A stretch of DNA of 10,314 bases. Origin: Cyanobacteriota bacterium (lineage in GTDB: Bacteria; Cyanobacteriota; Cyanobacteriia; Cyanobacteriales; Nostocaceae). Below, in pieces: positions 7,300 through 10,314 of this stretch. Below the pieces are notes generated by a model. It ran no database searches and had not been told where the DNA came from. It worked only from the letters and a program-made list of their open reading frames with translations. The DNA lies in the NCBI GenBank assembly GCA_046045965.1, contig JBJOKS010000067.1, positions 1 through 10,314 on the forward strand. Direction: 5' to 3'. Position numbers and translations under genes: made by a program. Numbering within the stretch: the first letter of the stretch is position 1; each line of letters begins with the position of its first letter.

Positions 7300-7707
7300 A
7301 ACTCAGATAATACTAAACATTGTGTAATTATTGATGGTGAGGAAATTAACGAAATTAAAAAACAAAAAGGTTTAATAAATCCTGGTAATATAGCATTTAC
7401 CAAGCTAGTGAGGTACAGAGTTTTTTAGTCTTAGGGAACAGGGAACTCTTAACAGGGAACAGTAAATAAGTTAGGGTGTACCTCATGAGACTGGGAAACG
7501 CTATAAATGGATAATTCCTAAAGGATTAAGATTAGCGTTATCTTGTTTGTTTTTAGGTGCAACTTACAAAATGTTGTATGTTGATGATGAAGGAACTTAT
7601 TCTTGTTTAATTCATATTTGTTATAAGCAAGATATTCACAAAAACCTAGAAAAATTAATTAGTAATTTCGTCATAAATTTAGATAAAGCGATCCGTCAAC
7701 AAAGTTC
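7300..7707 (+). pseudogene. Internal fragment of a probable Z1-domain (restriction-modification/MORC-associated) protein gene, interrupted by a MITE-like element and truncated at both ends
   Basis: 7300-7388 reads NSDNTKHCVIIDGEEINEIKKQKGLINPG. After the element, 7505-7707 reads KWIIPKGLRLALSCLFLGATYKMLYVDDEGTYSCLIHICYKQDIHKNLEKLISNFVINLDKAIRQQS. Removing 7389-7506 joins the two in frame. The pattern IPxxLxxA(L)xxxFL...SxLIHxxxxxxxHxxxxxxI matches my recollection of the Z1 domain N-terminus. In-frame stops lie upstream at 7285 and 7297. Confidence 0.55.
7389..7505. mobile_element. 117-bp MITE-like element with 29-bp imperfect terminal inverted repeats and internal AGGGAAC heptamers
   Basis: Left arm TATAGCATTTACCAAGCTAGTGAGGTACA (7389-7417) versus reverse complement of right arm 7477-7505, TATAGCGTTTCCCAGTCTCATGAGGTACA: 23/29 identical. 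Internal AGGGAAC AGGGAAC TCTTAAC AGGGAAC at 7433-7460. It interrupts an otherwise continuous reading frame. Confidence 0.78.
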
Positions 7708-7800
7708 AGTGTCCCCTTCTGTGATACAACCCGGAAGAGCAGGTACTTCAGCCCAATAACCCCCTTCTTCAGCAGAATGAATAATTGCTTTGAATTTCAT
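7696..7800 (-). pseudogene. hicB: Truncated HicB-family antitoxin (N-terminal ~31 aa only)
   Basis: Minus strand from ATG 7800 reads MKFKAIIHSAEEGGYWAEVPALPGCITEGDT-ELC*. The HicB-like signature GGYxAxVPxLPGCxTxGDT is intact, but the expected EEAxxNxxEAI helix is replaced by an early TGA (7698-7696). Too short for the supplied ORF track. Confidence 0.85.
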
Positions 7801-8001
7801 TGTTGTTACATTTGCAGTTGTTTACCTGAACAAATTTTAACAGATTAACTTCCAAAACTTCCCTTTCCCATCAACTAACCTGTATGGGATCGGATTTTCA
7901 AGATATTTAATGTCAAATTTGATACTAAATTTAACTTCCTTAAACGTTAAGAAATAATAAAATACTCTCGCCATGAAACAAAAGTTTGTACTTTTATAAA
8001 G

Positions 8002-8007
8002 TATAAT
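8002..8007 (+). promoter_or_regulatory. Candidate -10 box for the ABC1 kinase transcript
   Basis: Perfect TATAAT about 160 nt upstream of GTG 8170 and followed by a stem-loop at 8016-8057. No good -35 box, and the AT-rich context makes a chance match possible. Confidence 0.35.
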
Positions 8008-8169
8008 TAAGAAAAAGATAAACTAATCTCAACAGTCAAGATAGATTGAGTTTATCTATAGTTTCCATCAAAAACCAACAATACACTTGAGCAACAAGCA
8101 AATTGTCAGTCAAGTAGTAACAAAATTATCAAGTTCATCAAATTCCCAGTTGTAGAGGCAAAAAAAGAC

Positions 8170-9879
8170 GTGGGTCAGTATCAACCTGCTCAACTAAAGC
8201 AGTATAATCCAGAAGCGATCGCTCGTTACTATCGTTACCGTCCCTGGTTAGCTTGGGGCAGACTGCTAAAAATCATCTTCTCCTTTGCTGGCTTCATACT
8301 CAGTCTCAAGTGGGATGAATGGCAAAATCAAGTTGAGCAGAATAAGGGTAAACGAGCTACCCAGTTACGAGAACTGCTCACAAACCTCGGTCCGACATTT
8401 ATTAAAGTTGGTCAAGCCCTTTCGACTCGGCCAGACTTGATCCGCAAAGATTTTTTAGAAGAACTGATCAAGTTGCAAGATCAGTTACCACCCTTTGATC
8501 ATGACCTAGCACAACACATTATTGAAACTGAACTCAACCGCTCCATCGACGAGATATTTAGCGAAATATCCCCTAAACCAGTTGCAGCCGCTAGTTTAGG
8601 TCAAGTTTACCGGGGTCGTCTCATCACCGGAGAGGAAGTAGCCGTAAAAGTACAACGCCCTAACCTACGTCCCGTAATTACACGAGACTTATATTTAATG
8701 CGTTGGGCGGCCAGTTGGCTTAGTCCTTGGTTGCCCCTCAATCTCGGCCATGACTTGACATTAATCGTAGACGAGTTTGGCACAAAGTTATTTGAAGAAA
8801 TAGACTACATGAACGAAGGTCGGAACGCGGAAAAATTTGCCACCAACTTCCGCGATGACCCCCAAGTAAAAGTACCGACTATTTACTGGCGTTATAGCAG
8901 TAACCGTGTATTAACCTTAGAATGGATTAACGGCTTTAAACTCACAGATACCCAAAGCATCAAACAAGCAGGTTTAGATCCCGAAACCATTATCCAGATC
9001 GGTGTCACTTCAGGTTTGCAACAATTATTAGAACATGGTTTTTTCCATGCTGACCCCCATCCTGGTAATTTATTTGCTGTTGATGATGGTCGCATGGCTT
9101 ACATCGACTTTGGCATGATGGACCAGTTGGAGGAAACCACAAAGGAAACTTTAGTAGATGCCTTAGTACATCTTGTCAACAAAGATTACACCGACTTAGC
9201 CGAAGACTTTGTAAAACTCGGCTTCCTCGCTCCAGAAACAAATATTGCTCCCATTGTTCCAGCATTAGAAGCAGTTCTGGGAAATGCCATTGGTAAAAAC
9301 GTAAGTGATTTTAACTTTAAAACCATTACCGATGAATTTTCGGAATTGATGTATGAATATCCTTTCCGAGTTCCCGCTAAGTTTGCTTTAATTATTCGTT
9401 CCTTGGTGACACAGGAAGGTATTGCTTTAAGCCTCAACCCTAACTTTAAAATTGTGGAAGTAGGCTATCCCTACATAGCACGAAGGTTATTAACTGGAGA
9501 ATCTCCCGCATTAAGACGACGGTTATTGAATGTACTATTTAAAGATGGTAAATTCCAATGGCAAAGGTTAGAAGATTTAATTTCTATTGCGCGGACTGAT
9601 CACCAATTTGATGTTGTGCCAACAGCCAGAATGGGTTTACAGTATTTACTATCGGAAGAAGGTAAATTTTTACGTCGTCAGTTAGTTTTAGCATTAACTG
9701 AAGATGATCGTTTACATACAGACGAAGTACAACGTTTGTGGGAATTAGTTAAAGATGATTTACCGCCAAATCGGTTATTAAATGTAGCCGTCGGCATTTT
9801 AACCGAGTTATCGAGGGAAGGTGTAGCGGCTATTCTGCCAAAAGCTACATCTCTTGTTTCCTTTACTGAAAAACTGTAA
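8170..9879 (+). CDS. ABC1/UbiB/AarF family atypical protein kinase
   Basis: 569 aa with family motifs LGPTFIKVGQALSTRPDL (KxGQ), LQDQLPPF, PVAAASLGQVY, VAVKVQRP, EEIDYMNEGRNAE, FFHADPHPGN and YIDFGMM. GTG start is preceded by AGAGG. Confidence 0.95.
   Translation: MGQYQPAQLKQYNPEAIARYYRYRPWLAWGRLLKIIFSFAGFILSLKWDEWQNQVEQNKGKRATQLRELLTNLGPTFIKVGQALSTRPDLIRKDFLEELIKLQDQLPPFDHDLAQHIIETELNRSIDEIFSEISPKPVAAASLGQVYRGRLITGEEVAVKVQRPNLRPVITRDLYLMRWAASWLSPWLPLNLGHDLTLIVDEFGTKLFEEIDYMNEGRNAEKFATNFRDDPQVKVPTIYWRYSSNRVLTLEWINGFKLTDTQSIKQAGLDPETIIQIGVTSGLQQLLEHGFFHADPHPGNLFAVDDGRMAYIDFGMMDQLEETTKETLVDALVHLVNKDYTDLAEDFVKLGFLAPETNIAPIVPALEAVLGNAIGKNVSDFNFKTITDEFSELMYEYPFRVPAKFALIIRSLVTQEGIALSLNPNFKIVEVGYPYIARRLLTGESPALRRRLLNVLFKDGKFQWQRLEDLISIARTDHQFDVVPTARMGLQYLLSEEGKFLRRQLVLALTEDDRLHTDEVQRLWELVKDDLPPNRLLNVAVGILTELSREGVAAILPKATSLVSFTEKL
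8215..8222. repeat. HIP1 octamer GCGATCGC
   Basis: Exact match at 8215-8222 inside the ABC1 kinase gene. Confidence 0.85.
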
Positions 9880-9917
9880 AAACGTTTAAATTGGTTTAAT
9901 AAAAATCAGGAGTTTTC

Positions 9918-10292
9918 ATGTATTATTACCCTTTACAACCGCCTTACTTCTTACTTTTGGTTGGTTTCCTCATGGCTTTAACTTCTGGTTTTGCCTTATC
10001 GGGAACATTAAAAGTCATTGTGCAGAAATGGCCAAATAACAACAAAGAACCTATCAAATCAACTGCTTCTTTAAAACAATTGCTAATCCCATTTATTGGC
10101 ATTACAGGAGGCGTTTGTTTATTTATGTCTTCTGGTTTAGAGATATTTGGTTTTCCCTCTCCCCTAGCTTTGGGTATTGGTTTACCCTTGAGTTTAGGAA
10201 CTTGTTTATTTGTTTGGTTTCAGTTAGGTAGTTTGTTAGAATTTGTTAGCAGTCGTGGAATGCAATCTTTAGATTTAGATTCTTGGTCTTAA
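9918..10292 (+). CDS. Small hypothetical membrane protein (about 3 TM helices), probably co-transcribed with the ABC1 kinase
   Basis: 124 aa with AGGAG RBS at 9908-9912 and a 38-nt gap after the ABC1 stop. Hydrophobic segments: YFLLLVGFLMALTSGFAL, LLIPFIGITGGVCLFMSSGL, LALGIGLPLSLGTCLFVWFQL. Confidence 0.8.
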   Translation: MYYYPLQPPYFLLLVGFLMALTSGFALSGTLKVIVQKWPNNNKEPIKSTASLKQLLIPFIGITGGVCLFMSSGLEIFGFPSPLALGIGLPLSLGTCLFVWFQLGSLLEFVSSRGMQSLDLDSWS

Positions 10293-10314
10293 ACAACTAT
10301 TTTCTAGGAATTTT

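Noticed and set aside
7688..7695. HIP1-mediated deletion breakpoint (GCGATCCG)
   Set aside because: Only a 6/8 match to HIP1, and about 10 nt away from the apparent junction.
7547..7759. Stand-alone 70-aa CDS from the ORF track
   Set aside because: The frame is open upstream to the MITE, and its last ~16 codons are the antisense of hicB. It is a chimeric pseudogene remnant.
8892..9437. Minus-strand ORFs 8892..9095 and 9186..9437
   Set aside because: Antisense shadows of the conserved ABC1 kinase.

Overview
AT-rich cyanobacterial chromosomal window, most likely a filamentous Nostocales-type strain (inferred from HIP1 octamers GCGATCGC at 300, 7171 and 8215, heptameric STRR-type repeats and gene content). 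It holds a 5'-truncated M1 aminopeptidase (PepN with HEAT-like repeats and a coiled-coil tail). Next come an AmpG-like MFS permease and a BadF/BadG-family N-acetyl-amino-sugar kinase, facing a convergent secreted GHL10 (DUF187/YddW-DigH-like) glycoside hydrolase; together these look like a peptidoglycan/amino-sugar salvage module. The window ends with an ABC1/UbiB/AarF kinase and a small membrane protein. The intergenic DNA is the most informative part. Two same-orientation copies of a ~155-bp element (GTAAG(C/T)ATTCAGC...GCTGAATGCTTA(C/T), arms built of heptamers) flank the kinase gene. Each starts 4 nt after a TAA stop, and one has a perfect 8-bp flanking duplication. The 7.0-8.1 kb gap hides a decayed island: a probable Z1-domain gene fragment split by a 117-bp TATAGC...GCTATA MITE-like element and joined head-on to a truncated hicB antitoxin. 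No CRISPR array, tRNA, rRNA or transposase was seen. All family calls come from motif recognition, not database searches.
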